Below are positions 43,490 to 59,877 of a stretch of DNA of 64,000 bases, in pieces. Where the stretch lies: NCBI RefSeq assembly GCF_009914755.1, contig NC_060930.1; one strand, given 5' to 3'. Made by a program: the position numbers and the translations under genes. The notes beneath the pieces are model-generated. The model was not told the DNA's origin. It searched no databases and saw only the letters and a program-made list of their open reading frames with translations. The stretch is from the human T2T-CHM13v2.0 reference genome, Homo sapiens. The stretch's first letter is position 1; the number at the start of each line of letters is the position of its first letter.

Positions 43490-44090
43490 TTGTTCATTCA
43501 TTCGTTCATTTATTCAACACATATTTATTGTTTACTATGTGCCAGATTTGGGGGCTAAAACAGGGATCAAGATGAATAAAGTCCATGATACAGCTAAGAG
43601 ATAGTTCATGATGATAGAGCTCAGTGAACTCTTAGTCTAGAGTCGGACAATAAACTAATAAATAAATCATTGTAAATGGTGAGAAGGAAATAATCAAGGA
43701 GTTGCTGCTATAGAGGATGATGCGAAGACCTACTTACATATAGTTAAAGGGGATGGTATTAGATTGATGCAAAAGTAATTGTGGTTTTCGCCATTACTTG
43801 AAAGTTTTTGCCATTACTTTCAATGTAATGGCAAAAACCACAATTAATTTTACACCAATCTCATATTTAAGCTGAGAGGTTACAGAAGGAATGCCCAATG
43901 ACAGGGAGGGGTGAAGGAATTCCAGACAGAGGTTTCAGTATGCACAAAATCCAGAGGAAGAAACGCAGTTAGCCTGCTTGAGAAACTGAAGGAAGAATCA
44001 TGTGGCTGGAGCACAGTAAGAGACAGTGGAGAGCTATGGAGAAGGCCAGATGGGCAAGGTCTTACAAATCATGGAAAGGTATGGAAGCCT
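43490..44090 (-). mobile_element. L2 fragment containing a MADE1
   Basis: TTCATTCATTCGTTCATTTATTCAACACATATTTATTG...ACTATGTGCCAG. Confidence 0.8.
43759..43863. mobile_element. MADE1 (Hsmar1-derived MITE) with internal duplication
   Basis: TA-flanked inverted repeats TTAGATTGATGCAAAAGTAATTGTGGTTTT / AAAACCACAATTAATTTTACACCAATCTCA. Confidence 0.92.
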
Positions 44091-44190
44091 TTCCAGGTAA
44101 GGCATGTAAGCAATGATTTAAGTCTAAGTGCAATGGTAAGCCAGAGCTGGGTTTTAAATGAGGGGAATTTCTTATCTTGCTTTTGGACAT

Positions 44191-44645
44191 TGTAGCATGA
44201 TAAATGGTGCCCCCTCCCCCAAACTATTATGTCAAAGTCCTAACTTCCAGAACCTGTGAATGTGACCTTATTGAGAAAAAGGGTCTTTGCAAATGAAATC
44301 AAGTTAAGGATCTCAAGATTAGACCATCCTGGATTAACCAGGTGGGCCCTAATCCAATAGCAAGTGTTTCATAACAAACAGAAGAGAGGGCAGACAGAGA
44401 AAGGAGGCCACATGAAGACAGAGGCAGAGATTGGAGTGACGCAGCCACAAGCCGAGGAACGCCTGGAGCCACCAGAAAATTGAAAAGGCAAGGAAAGATT
44501 CTTCAGAGCCTTCAGAGGGAGCATGGCTCTGCCAACATCTCAATTTTTGCCCTCCAGCCTCCAGAACCATGAAAGAATAAATTACTAGTGTTTCAAGCCA
44601 CCCAGATTGTGGTATTTTGTGATTGCAGCCCTAGGAAACTAACAC
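44191..44645 (+). mobile_element. MLT1C solo LTR
   Basis: AACCTGTGAATGTGACCTTA...GAGGCAGAGATTGGAGTGACGCAGCCACAAGCC...GCAGCCCTAGGAAACTAACACA. Confidence 0.92.
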
Positions 44646-44896
44646 AGACACCACTGAAAACTGGCAGCTTCTGCTGAGCCACCTCAGAGTGCTGATGTTG
44701 GAGATTTGGCAAGTAGTTTGGAATTCAACCATAGGAGGTTAGAACTGAGAATCTGATAAAGATCTTCCCAAAGCCACAAAACTGTATCTCTATTTTACCC
44801 AAGTTAAGAACTTTTAATCCATCACCTGCCTTGTGCCATACTACTGGGCAATTGTGAGAGAATTCATTCTCTTAGGGACACCAACAATAATAGCAC

Positions 44897-45012
44897 TGTG
44901 TGTGTGTGTGTGTGTGCATGTGTTGCATATGTGTGTATGTGTGTGTTGTATATGTGTGTATGTGTGCCAGCATGCATGTGTGTACCCATGCAGGAGCATA
45001 TGTGGGTATGTC
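44897..45012. repeat. Degenerate (TG)n tract
   Basis: Direct inspection. Confidence 0.85.
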
Positions 45013-46309
45013 TGACTACGTGTTCACTTGTGCATGAATTTTGGTAGAATCTGAAGGAATTGGACCTGCATTTTCATTCACCACTTTGGCCACTAGCGAG
45101 AGTTCCCTAACAGGAATGTCTCTTCAGTGGGCAGCAGGAGGCAAGTGGACCAGAACAAAGGAGAGAGAACATAGGACTGAACCATCCCCAGCAAGAGAGG
45201 CAAATCACTAACCGTTAGTCTCTCCAGCGTAATAACTTGAAAGGACTTGCCATCTCATGCTTTCCCCACTGTTTCATTTGTCTTCTTTTATAGCGTTCTT
45301 TCTTCTCCTCCTCCGCTTCAGACGATATTCAGTTTAATGGCTGAATTGAAATCGACCATGAAAAGAATCCAAGCAAATGAGCTCAGACCGTTGCACAAAA
45401 GAGAAAGTGGAGGAGGGAGAGGAATGAGATGAGGGGGAATGTGTAGGAACGATGCTATAGAAAGAGGAGGTTTTGGCTCCAACACTGTTGCCATAGGCAG
45501 AGTGTCCCCATACAGCTCAGCTGTCTTCACAAAGATGGTTTTTGCTTCACCCAATAGTCATTTTTGTCAGATCTCCATCTCCGGCCTGGGACTGAATACC
45601 ACAGTGCACAGAAGAGGCATGCCAGAACTGGAGGATTCCCCATCCTGGAAACAAGGCCAGCGCTGTTGCATCCTGTGGCAAAAGCACAGACCAAAAAAAT
45701 GCTGCTCGGTCAACCCCTCTCATTCTGTTCAGGCCACTGGACACAGCTTTTGCCAGCTCCAAATTCACTTTTTGTCCGAAGAATCAATACACCTATTGAG
45801 AGGGTGTCCAGGAATGGCCTTTCCTCTGTCCCTTTCTGGTGCCGCCAGGCAGAAAGCCCAGCAGGCTCTGTTTTGTTTCCTGAGCTCCAGCCACGGGAGG
45901 ACTGGACCACATGGGGACCCCCAGCCCCCCGCCCTGCTTGTCTGCATTCAGCACTCTTGCTCTGCTTCCTTGTCCTCTGCCACAATAGTGGCCCATTTAT
46001 TGAGCATCCACCTGTGTACAGCACCATGCTGAGTACTGAGAGAAGCAAGATAAAGGGAATAGGAGTTTCAAGTTGCCATAGAATTTCCAAACAGCAGCAT
46101 CCAGAAACCTGTGTGGATGAAAGATTCTAATCACCAGGTACAACCTACGCGTCTTTTTGGAAGTGGGTCGGGTCTTCTGCCTACAACCTGTAGGTAAACT
46201 GTTTTTGCACCCTAGTCCTGCAAGTATGTATAGTTAAGGATTGCATAGTGTCTACTCGCTATTTTTTTTTTTTTGCTTGTTTGTATTTTGGGTGACTTCC
46301 CCTTTTTCA

Positions 46310-46860
46310 TTAATTTATATTTCTTTTCAACCCCTCTTCTCTCTAGCGTGACTCCTCAATTTTCAGTGATAAAGACATATCTTTATTCACGGTCATACAA
46401 ACATATACAAATGTTTGTATTTTCCATTTCTCTTTTTTTTTTTTTACAAAATGCATTCATATTATATACATTTCCTTGCCCTTTGTCTTCTCACTTAATG
46501 CATAATGAACATTCCCCTTAGTTAATGGATATAGTTCTAAGTTCTTTATATTTTTTTACAGGTACATTGTATTCCAAGGTTAGATATACCTCAACGTACT
46601 CAATTATTTCTCTACCAATGGTCATTGAGGTTGCTTCCACTACAAATACTGCCACTAGGAACATGGTTACTTAAAAGTCCTTGTTCATATATACTTAAAT
46701 CTTGAGTTTGTGTTTCTACAGGATAACTTCCTACCAGGAGCATTCCTAGGTCAATTACATGTATTTGCATTGAAATAGATGCTGCAAGCTTGTTTTCCAA
46801 AAGACAGGCAGTGTTTCGCATTCCCACCAGCAAGAAAAGAGAATGCCCTTTTTGGACCTC
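46310..46860 (-). mobile_element. L1ME fragment
   Basis: ATGGTCATTGAGGTTGCTTCC...ATTCCCACCAGCAAG. Confidence 0.7.
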
Positions 46861-48128
46861 CTAGCCCACAGAGGTTTTAGTGTTATTTCATCCCCTTTCC
46901 TCCCTGTCCCCCCACAAACCTAAAGCTGTGGTCCCTGAGCTGGAAACATGCATGTTGTGCAGTCAAAAGCTACATCCATGCAGTCACCTGAGAAATGTAT
47001 TTCGATAATGATTGTGCTGTACGACTAAGTAATATTTACTTATTTCGCTGGTGGCTGCTTAGGCAAATGAACTTGACTCTCTTTTCACATGCCTGATTTC
47101 CAGAAAACTTTTATGCCTCAAGTAGCAAATCTGGGGAATAAATTTTTACCTGGATGAGACATGTTGAGCAAACCATTAATCCAAAATTTTGGACTTACTT
47201 AATTCTACCTAGTTAAGACAATTTTTTTTTTGTAAAAATTATCCTAGTGAGTCATTCAAGAATGTTGTTCTTCTCAAATACGTATTGATGAGTGAATTTT
47301 ACAGATGTGTTCAAGGATGATGCACTCATTTCTTTAAAAAACTCATAGCATAAATTAAACTGGAACAGCTTTTACACCTTATTATTATGAAATGTCCTTT
47401 TTATTTCTGCTTATATAGTCTTAAACAAAAATGCATAAACAGGTATTTGAGAGTTCCTAAAGAAAATGCATTAAGTGGTTTTGCACCAACAACTGTAACA
47501 CAATAGAGTTTACACACAGGAAAACCCATCTTTTCATGTCAAAAAGTTCAACTACTCCAACAAATTCCAGTAATTCTGAGCTTTGAGAATAATCTTAATC
47601 AAAACAGAAGCCTTGACTTTATGTTATCTATATTCAATGTGGGCTCCCTTAGACTTTCAAGCAAAAATTTCTACTCCACTGAATGGTGGCCCCATAATTT
47701 ACATCTGGTGCTGGTCAGAGGAGATGGGATGGTTTGTCTGTGGGCCTGACCATTACACCTCAGGGACAGGCCCAACTTATCCAGGGCTTCTCCATGCAGC
47801 TGGTACCAACATTCCTATTTATTTTCTAAGTCTATTATTTTTTAACATATATTAAGGCTAAAGACACATCCTGGCAAATCTTATAATTAACAAAGTAATT
47901 AGTTATATGGTCATAATAACCAAACCAACAAACTTATTCATTTATTTCTAATTACAAGTCTAATTTGGAAATGACATTTGTTTGCATTTCATGTTTGCAT
48001 TTTAATTGTTATATTTCATACCAGGAACCATGAGGAATAGATACTTTCTTGATGGAATTTAGACTGGGTTTCCCTTTCTAATCCTGAAATCCCCTCTATG
48101 GTACTTCCACGAGGTGGTCTCCAGCTAG

Positions 48129-48482
<354 letters not shown>

Positions 48483-50733
48483 TAGTATTTACTGTCTTGT
48501 ATCCCCATTGAGGGCTAAAACTTATGCATAATCTTCTTTCCACGTAAGAGCCTGCATGAGTGACATCAAGAGGCAACACTTATGCATATTATTAAGAAAA
48601 CTTCAGTGGACCTGTGTAAGGTTATTTTGTGGTAATATCTTAGAACTTCAGAATATGAGGCCACTAGGCCACAAAGATACACTAAGTCCACAAAGTTTCA
48701 CAAAGACTTTGTCTCAGAATGTGGCTTCTCTGCTTTGTGTTGCTCTGTGATGGACACGGATGTAGCCTCTAACATCTCAGTGTCTCTGGCTTTCTCTTAC
48801 TGTGTCTGCCTTTATTTTTCCTGAGCCTTTCTCTTTTTTCACTGTATTTTCCTCCTCTTTCTTGCTCCCTTCATTCTTGAACTTCAGTACCCAAGATTAA
48901 AAGATTTCCCCAAATCAAGATCAGATTCATTGAGGCAGAACTGGGATTTGAAGCAGAGTTTAAAAAAAAAACAGAGACAGAGACATCTAAAGTAAAGTGA
49001 GGTTAATACCATTAAAACTTGGGTTTTTCAAACAACAACAACACACACAAACAAGACTTGGAAAAGAGAAAACATAAGCTGTTTGACAGCAGGCTTTGAT
49101 GCTGATTTTACAAGATGTAAATTCTGCCCAGCACATAAAATAAGTGAGAATAAACTATTCTCTAAGCAGCCCTCTGAGGGTCATACGTGAAACAGGACTG
49201 GGAGAAAGCACAGCAGCCCTGACATCACAGATGAAATAAAATGTGTGTTTTCCAGCTGTCTCATTCGTGGCTCCAACAAGAGAGACAACTCTGTATACCC
49301 CAAAAGGCCCAGCCAGCAGCAGGGCAGGCAAGGCCCAGGCTCCTTCAGGCCCAGGACATCCTTCCTTAGACCTGGCCCTCTCAGCCCTGTTAGAGCACAA
49401 AATGCACCGGACATTTGTTTTGATGATAGACATAATTTGGTAAAAGAATTCAGACTCTGATGTAGAACCAGGCAGTCACTGGAGAAGTTGCGTTGCAGGT
49501 GAGCACATGCTGTCATTATCAGAGTGACTTTTTTTTAACCTGTTACTAATAAGCATAGGGGCGTGTGTGTGTTTAATGGTTTCATTTTACTCAAGACAAG
49601 ATATTTTTCACAAATCTCCAGAATGGAATCATACTCACTTACAATACTAAAACCAAGAGATAAAAACATTTTATAGCCTTTCAATCAGCGCAAAAGGATA
49701 ATAACAAAGAATGTGAATGCTATATTCACATTTACAACTTCTTAACAAAGCAGATATTTTGGGAATCTTCATTCATTTCATTTTACAGAATTCATTATGG
49801 TTAAACTTTAAGACAGTGATATCTACATGAGAAATATTTACCGTAGACCAGGTATTTGCTAGATATTACCTCTTTGGACTGAACACTCCATAAAGGCAGG
49901 GACTAAGCTGAATCTGCAAATCCAACCCTGAGCGCAGTGTTCAGAGAACATATTCACTCCAATATTAGGTCAATAACTGTGTTAACTGATTTCATATTCA
50001 GAAACCCTTAATGTAGGTATTTTTACCTTTATTTTATAGATGTAGAAACAAGTTTCAAGCAGTAGTTTAATGCCCTATTCAAGGGCACACAGCTAATCAG
50101 TGAGACACGTAACATTTGACCATCTTTACTCAAGATGCCAAACCCCAAGTGAGATCAGAATCCTCACGTTACTAGTCCTCAATAACACAGTACATGCCTT
50201 GACAGAATTTAGTATCAATGGCAGATGGTAATGGTCACTATTACAGGGTGCCATTGCATGGTATGAATATCTGCAAGAGAGAAGCTGATGTTCCTTATCA
50301 TTGTCCTTGCTGTCCCCCAAAACAAGATGGTTTTAGGGTACTTACCATAATTACCCTCTGAGGCTTTGCTAGCATCAAGTTCAAGTCCAGAAATAAGCAA
50401 GATCCTTGCTGGGAATTTTTCTGATCTCTTTCAAACATCTAAGACCATTTGGGAGGAAATTAAGAAGGCAGTAAGGAAAGCACCTTAGAAAAAGGCAGTG
50501 AACAAAGCAAATCTTGAGCAAAAAGAACGAAACGAGAAGCATCACACTACCTGACTTCAAAATGTATTACAAAGCTATAGTAACCAAAACAACATAGTAT
50601 TGGATAAAAACAGACAGAGACCAATGGAACAGAATACAAAGCCAAGAAATAATTCCACACATTTACAGTCCATTGATTTTCCCAAAGGTACCATGAATAC
50701 ACAATGGGGAAAGGACAGTCTTCAATAAACAGT

Positions 50734-51141
50734 TGTGTTAGTCACTTTTGCATTGCTATAAAGGAACACTTGAGGGTGGGCAATTTATAAAGAAAAGGGG
50801 TTTATTTGGCTCACAGTTTTGCAGGCTGTACAAGAAGCATGGAGCCAGCATCTGCTTTTGGTGAGACCTCAAGGAGCTTTTATTTACAGTGGAATGCAAA
50901 GGGGGAGTAGGCATTTCACATGGCAAGCGAGGCAGCAAGAGAAAAAGGAAGAGATGCCAGGCTCTTTTGAACAATCAGATCTCACTGTAACTAACAGAGC
51001 AAGAATACATTCGTTACTATGGGAAGGATACTAAGCCATCATGAGGCATGACTCAAACACCTTCTACTAGGCCCCACCTCCAACACTGGGGGTCACATTT
51101 CAACATGAGATTTAGAGGGTACAAATATCTAAACTATATCA
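50734..51141 (-). mobile_element. MSTA/B solo LTR inside the L1
   Basis: TG...CA ends; 5-bp TSD ACAGT (50729-50733, 51142-51146). Confidence 0.93.
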
Positions 51142-52022
51142 ACAGTGTTGGGAGAACTGGGTATCCACATGCAGAAGAATGAAATTAGACCCTTATCTCA
51201 CACCATACACAAAATCAATTCAAGATGAATTAGAGACTTAAACACAGACCTAAAACTGTAAAACGACTAGAAAAAAAACATAAGGGAAAAAGTGCATGAC
51301 ATTAGTCTGGCAATGATTTTTGTGCATATGATCCCAGAAGCACAGGCAATAACTACCAAGCTTCTGCACAGCAAAGGAAACAATCAACAGAGTGATGAGA
51401 CAATCTATGGAATGGAGAAAATATTTGCAAAGTACCCATCTGATAAGAGGTTAATATCCAAAATGTATAAGGATCTCAAACAACTCAATAGCAAGAAAAC
51501 AACCCAACTGAAAAAATAAGCAAAGGACGTGAACAGATCTTTCTCAGAAAAAGATATATAAATGGTCTTCAGATATATGAAAACATGCTCAACATCACTA
51601 ATCATTAGGGAAGTGCAAATTCAAACCACAATGCAATATTACTTTACACCCATTAGAATGGCTATTATCAATAAGACAAAAGATAACAAGTATTGGAGAG
51701 GTTGTGGAGAAAAGGGCACTCTTGCACACTGTTGGTGGGACTGTAAATTACTACAGCCATCTTGGAGAACAGTATGGAGGTTCCTCAAAAAATGAAAAAT
51801 AGAATGATTTTATGATCCAGCAGTCCCACTTCTGGGTATATATCCAAAGGAAATAAAATCAGCATGTCAAAGAGATATCTGTACTCCCATGTTTATTGGC
51901 CCACTAGTCACAATAACCAAGATATGGAAACAACCTAAGTGCCCATCAACTGATGAATGCATAAAGAAAACATGTAATACAGACACAATGGAATACCATT
52001 CAGGCTTTACGAAGGGAAATTA

Positions 52023-52649
<627 letters not shown>

Positions 52650-53273
52650 TTATGTCATTTGTGACAATGAACCTGGAGGGCATTATATTAAGTAAAATAA
52701 GCCAAGCACAGATAGACAAATACCGCATGATCTGACTTATGTGTAGAATCTAAAAGAGTTGAACTCATAGAAGTGGAAATGAGAATGGTGGTTGCCAGGA
52801 GCTGGAGGGAAGTGGGAGGGAGAGATGATGGTCAGAGTACAAAGTTTCAATTATACAGGAGGGATAAGTTCAAGAGATCTATTGTACAACATGGTGACTA
52901 TAGTTAACAACAATGTATTGTATTCTTGAAAATTGCTGAAAGAGTAGACTTTTTAAATTATCAGTATTATTTATTCTGCTTTTGAAATTATAAAATACTT
53001 AGCGCTAAGAAGTAGGAAACAAACATATTAATTTAAAGGTGTGGTCCAATGACCACTTACTGTATAAATTCTCAGGACTCTTATTTAAAATGCAGTCTTT
53101 CTTAAAAGTATAGATTTTAAACATTCTCAACACACAAAAAAAGTATGTGAGGTAATGTATATGGTAATTAGCTCAATATAGCCATTCCACAATGTATGCA
53201 TATTTCAAAATAACATGTTGTATGCGGTAAATATATACAATTTTCATATGTCCATTTAAAAATAGGTTTTTGG

Positions 53274-53677
<404 letters not shown>

Positions 53678-54389
53678 TTACCTGAATCAACAGAGCTTTC
53701 TTGACATTGATTAGGGTGGTGAAAATGACTGTGGAGGAAAAATTAAGTAGATGATTCTATTTAGGGAAGAAAAGGTGGGAGAAGTGGCATAATAGTCTTC
53801 AGGTACCCAAGAAGATAACATATTCATCATTCCCACGGACAGCAAAAATTGAAAAAGGAGAAGGGGAAATAAATCTATCCTGAGGCAGGAGGCATTAAGA
53901 TTGCCAATAAGAAAACCTAATTTCATCAGTACCCTGGTGATTCTCAACCTGCTTGGGCTTGTCCTTGTTTTTGTTTGTTTTTATGGCAGAGTTTTGAAAA
54001 TCACCCAAGAGGAAAAAAGACTGGGTGACATGTGTACACACACATTAAAATTAATGTGAATTGGAATTAATTTTGTTGATAGTGTCCCAGCCAGAGTTTT
54101 AATGCCAGACTCTGGTTGGTGGGGCAGGAGGGCTTTATGGGGAGGGACATTTGAGATAAGGATGTCCAATGTGTTTTTGTGCCTGAGCTATCACATTTAT
54201 AGTGGGGCTTTGTAGACAATTCCAGCTCACCCCAACAGTAATTGTTGTCTAGCTTCCACTCACTCCAGGACCTAGCACCTGCCCTTCTGGCAAAGCAAAG
54301 CCTCCATGTGCTGTGGGTTTCCTGTGGAAGTCAATTTCCCACTGCTTGAATGTGCCAGGAGGGAGCAAGGTTTTCAGGAAACAGCCCAG

Positions 54390-54600
54390 ACCAGAATCAG
54401 GAGAACGTGTGTTCAGAATCTCTGCTCTTCTCTTGGCTGTATGACCTCGAGCAAGCTATGTAGCTTCTCTGAGCCTCAGTCTCCTCAACTGTATAATAGG
54501 AAAATAATACCACCTTTATTGTGATGTGAGAATTGCAGGAGAACAAGCACAGAAAAAGGCAGGAGTGTGGAGAACACTTAGATGTTAGCTACCTTCCCTC
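54390..54600 (+). mobile_element. MIR
   Basis: GCTGTATGACCTCGAGCAAG...CTCTGAGCCTCAGTCTCCTCAACTGTA. Confidence 0.8.
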
Positions 54601-54654
54601 ATCCTCCCCCGCTCCTATTAAGTTACCCATGGGGTCACCGTAGTATAAGGATGA

Positions 54655-54673
54655 CCACTAGCAGATGGCAGTG
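54655..54673 (+). promoter_or_regulatory. Candidate CTCF site
   Basis: CTAGCAGATGGCAGT, one mismatch to core CCAGCAGATGGCAGT. Confidence 0.45.
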
Positions 54674-54816
54674 TCCTCAGGGCTCTGAGATCTTCATTTG
54701 CCCTTTTAAAATGAAAATAAAATACCTGGGTCCTACTTTGCCAAGAAAGGAAGGTGAAAAAAAATCAGTCTTCTTAAAAAGTGCAATGGTTTATACAAAG
54801 TATACCTGATCAGAGG

Positions 54817-55219
54817 TAAAATAGTGTGCATATATGTCCCCACCAAATCTCATGTTGAATTGTAATCCCCAGCATTGGAGGTTGAGCCTGGTGGGAGGTG
54901 TTTGGGTCATTGGAGCAAATCCCTCATGGTTTGGTTCTGTCCTTGTGACGGTAAGTTCTTTAGAGTCTGGTTGTTTAGAAGGGCATGACACCTCCCCCAC
55001 CATGCTCTCTCTGGCAGCTGCTCCCACCATGTAAGACACCTGTACCCGCTTTGCCTTCTGCCATGGGTAAAAGCTCTCTGAGGCCTTCCCAGAAGCCATG
55101 CAGATGCCAGTACCATGCTTGTACAGCCTGCAGAACTGTGAGCCAATTCAACCTCTTTTCTTTATAAATTATCCAGTCTCAGGTATTTCTTTATTGCAAA
55201 GCAAGAACAGCATAATACA
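54817..55219 (+). mobile_element. MSTA/B solo LTR
   Basis: CCAAATCTCATGTTGAATTGTAATCCCCAG...GCCTGCAGAACTGTGAGCCAATT...CATAATACA. Confidence 0.92.
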
Positions 55220-55225
55220 AGATGA

Positions 55226-56434
<1,209 letters not shown>

Positions 56435-57819
56435 TTGAGGGTTGGTAATTAAAAATACCTTTCAGGTTTGAGCTGGAGGACTGACTACCACCACAAACTA
56501 CCCATCCCCCCTCCTCGGGAGGAAGACGACTTCACATAGATACTAAGCTGCCCGCACTGGGATGTCTGAGGTGTTTGGCAGAAAATGAGTCCAGAAGTTT
56601 ATTTCGATTTATCCCAGGTGCACTTGTGAGGTGGCCCACTTCCACTCACAGCCAGCCCTGCTTACACGTGCACATGCATTCATACACAGAGGCAGGCACC
56701 TTTGATCACAGATGTGGGTGCTTCCATGACACTTCTTCCAGAGGTATCTCAGCAGTGACTGGGTTGCACAAGCATTTCCCTTACCGGATGTTTATAAACG
56801 ATTCTTTTGCATCTACCACCCCTCAGCATCATGGCTCTGTCCAAAATCAGTTTCCTGATCCTTCACACCAGCATCCTAGAATTCATGTGAGGATAAGTCA
56901 CCCCCCACACTCACTAAATATTTGTCAAATCTGAATATGCCGATTGCTTAATCAGGCAAAGGCTCCACATGCTTTCTAAGTATGAGGCTCCCTTCTTAAA
57001 TGTCAACTGGCCAGATCCACCTCCAACAGAGTAGTTATACATTTAATCTCTGCTGATTAAGCCTAAATATGACAAAGAAATATAAATTTACATAATCACA
57101 AAAGCATCTATATACAGTTTATAAATTGGGAGAAGGGATGATCTTATTTGTATTCAGTCTATGCACAATGCGTGGTATACCTGTGGGGTCTTAGATTCCC
57201 TTGAAGTAATTTTAAGTCTTCCTAGGGATCTGCCACCTACCGGCTGATAACTGCTCATGTAGCGTGCATGTAATTGTGGGGTTGCTGCTTGCTCCGTGCA
57301 TCTAAAACAAAAATACAGCGTGAAATCAGTAGAAAGGAACCTGCCTGAAATGATGTGGGCTGAATTATTGTGGCCCACGTTCAAGAGGCCAAGCTCTTAA
57401 CTGTTCTGGATCCACTGGGGATGATAATACTGTCTCTTTCTCACTGTGCAATGCAAGTAACATAAGCCTTCTTAATTAATGGACACAGCAAGCTTTAAAA
57501 AATTAAATACGGTAAATTATCAGTAGACTCACAGTGATGTTAACCTGACTTGAACTCAGAATCTAAACTTGGTTTCAATTTGGCTCATATTTGTCAGTGT
57601 TTCTAGGCAGCCTAATTTGGTTTAGATGTTTATTTTTAATTTGGTTCTGGATAGCACTGTGGGATGAACATATTTCCCAAAAGGAAACAAATAATGTTAA
57701 TTCCAAGGGACTTCACACTTAGCTGCAATGCATTCTCTAGAATACAAGAGATAGTAAAGGGAGCTGAAAATTTGTGTCTATTTTTTCCTTGCCACTCAGT
57801 AAAAACTCATTGTGAGGTG

Positions 57820-58360
57820 GCTTCAAACCCTTTTCCAGGCTCACAAAGCCCTGGTCTGGCCCCTGTTGGTATCTCTCCTGCATTTTCCAATAGGTCCTGC
57901 CTTGCTGCGTGTACTCTAGCCATACTGTTCCCCCTTCATTTCTTCATGCTCACAATGGTCCCTCCTACCCCAGGGCCTTTGCACATGCTCCTCGCATATC
58001 TTCTTCCATTTCACCCTCTTATCTCCTCCTCATCCTTGAGAACTCAACTCAGGAGCATGTGTCTCTCAAGAAGTTTTCTCTGAAATCCCTAGTGTGGTCA
58101 AATCCCTCCTTCCTCTCCAGTATAGCTTCTCCTAACACCTATATCTCTAGCCTTCTTTGCACTTTTCATAGTTTCTACTTTACATTTGTTTGTGCAGTTT
58201 TTTGGATGTCTCCCACACTGAACTCCAAATTCCACAAGAGCAGAAACCGTATCTATATTTGTTTACCACTGTTTCCCCAATTCCTGAGACATTGCTTGGG
58301 GAGTATAAGACAGCCTCAATAACATGAGGTGCCTCATTCATTTGCTGAATGAACAAATCA
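57820..58360 (+). mobile_element. L2 3' region
   Basis: CCCAGGGCCTTTGCACATGCT...TTTGCTGAATGAA. Confidence 0.8.
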
Positions 58361-58444
58361 AATATATATTGTTATTTTTATATTTTAATAATCATAATTG
58401 ATAAAGCGAAAGGAAAAAAGTAATACTGAGATATCCTAGTATAG

Positions 58445-58630
58445 CTAGAGGCAAGGTGGCATGATGGAGAGACTGGATTTTAGAGCAGGAAAAATTAATA
58501 ATGAGTGTTTTTCAGCTACATGACATTGGGACAATTATTTAACCTCTCTGAGCCTCAGTTTCCCATCTGGTAAATTATAATAATAATGTCTATCTCAAAA
58601 TATTGTTGTGAAAATTAAATAAGATACAGA
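58445..58630 (+). mobile_element. MIR
   Basis: TTTAACCTCTCTGAGCCTCAGTTTCCCATCTG. Confidence 0.85.
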
Positions 58631-58793
58631 AGAAAGAAAAATTGATTGGCTTCCTTCCATTGATTATGTTCTTATATTTTGCTTTGCAAAAGACAAAGTG
58701 TGAAATTTGGTAGGACATTAATAGCCAAGGGGACCAGCCTAGCTAGCCAGTGTTCAGAGATCCCCTTCTAACACATTCTACTTCTCCTGGTAG

Positions 58794-59154
<361 letters not shown>

Positions 59155-59824
59155 GGGATGAGCTTTCTAAAGACAGACGTACCTCCAGAGCTAGGTGCCA
59201 TATGATAGGTTTCTCCCTTAATTTAAAGACACTTTGGAACAACTGATTATCAGCAGCCATTTTTATAGATGAACCATCATGGCTTTCAACAGCATGTCTT
59301 CATTTATCTCTGTTTCCGTCTTTCTAAGTTAATGTGTCATTTTGGAAAAAGTTTCAAAATAGCTTTGGAAACAACTTTAAAATAGCATCCAGCGATTCCA
59401 TTTATTTTTAAGTCCGCAAACAGGCCAAACTAACCCAGGCTTGTCGAAAGCAAGGGCAGTGGTGACTCGGAGGAGGGGCTGTGGCCAGAGGGGGCAAGAA
59501 GGGGCTGGGGGTGTGCTGTTTATTGAGCTGGGTACTGGTGACTTTCTCTCTCCCGCTATCCAGCCTTTCCCTTCTCTTTCCAATCCTAATCTCTGCAGGA
59601 GCACATGTGCACACACATACACACAAACACACACACACTTGTCTTTCAGTCACTCACTGTGATGGCCTGCCAGCTTCTGGTACTCACATCTAACCCCACT
59701 TGTTCACAACTCTATAATTTGTCAAAACCCAGACTCTGGAAGTTTCTCCTGTCCTTAGTAAAAATAATTTGTTGTAAAATCTTTAATAACTTCATATCTC
59801 AGACCTTCAGTATTCCCTTCCTAT

Positions 59825-59841
59825 ACACATACACACACACA

Positions 59842-59872
<31 letters not shown>
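59825..59872. repeat. (CA)n(CT)n microsatellite
   Basis: Direct inspection. Confidence 0.9.

Positions 59873-59877
<5 letters not shown>

Noticed and set aside
51292-51795. ORFs resembling the L1 ORF2p C-terminus
   Set aside because: Fragments of a truncated, interrupted L1MA; not functional.
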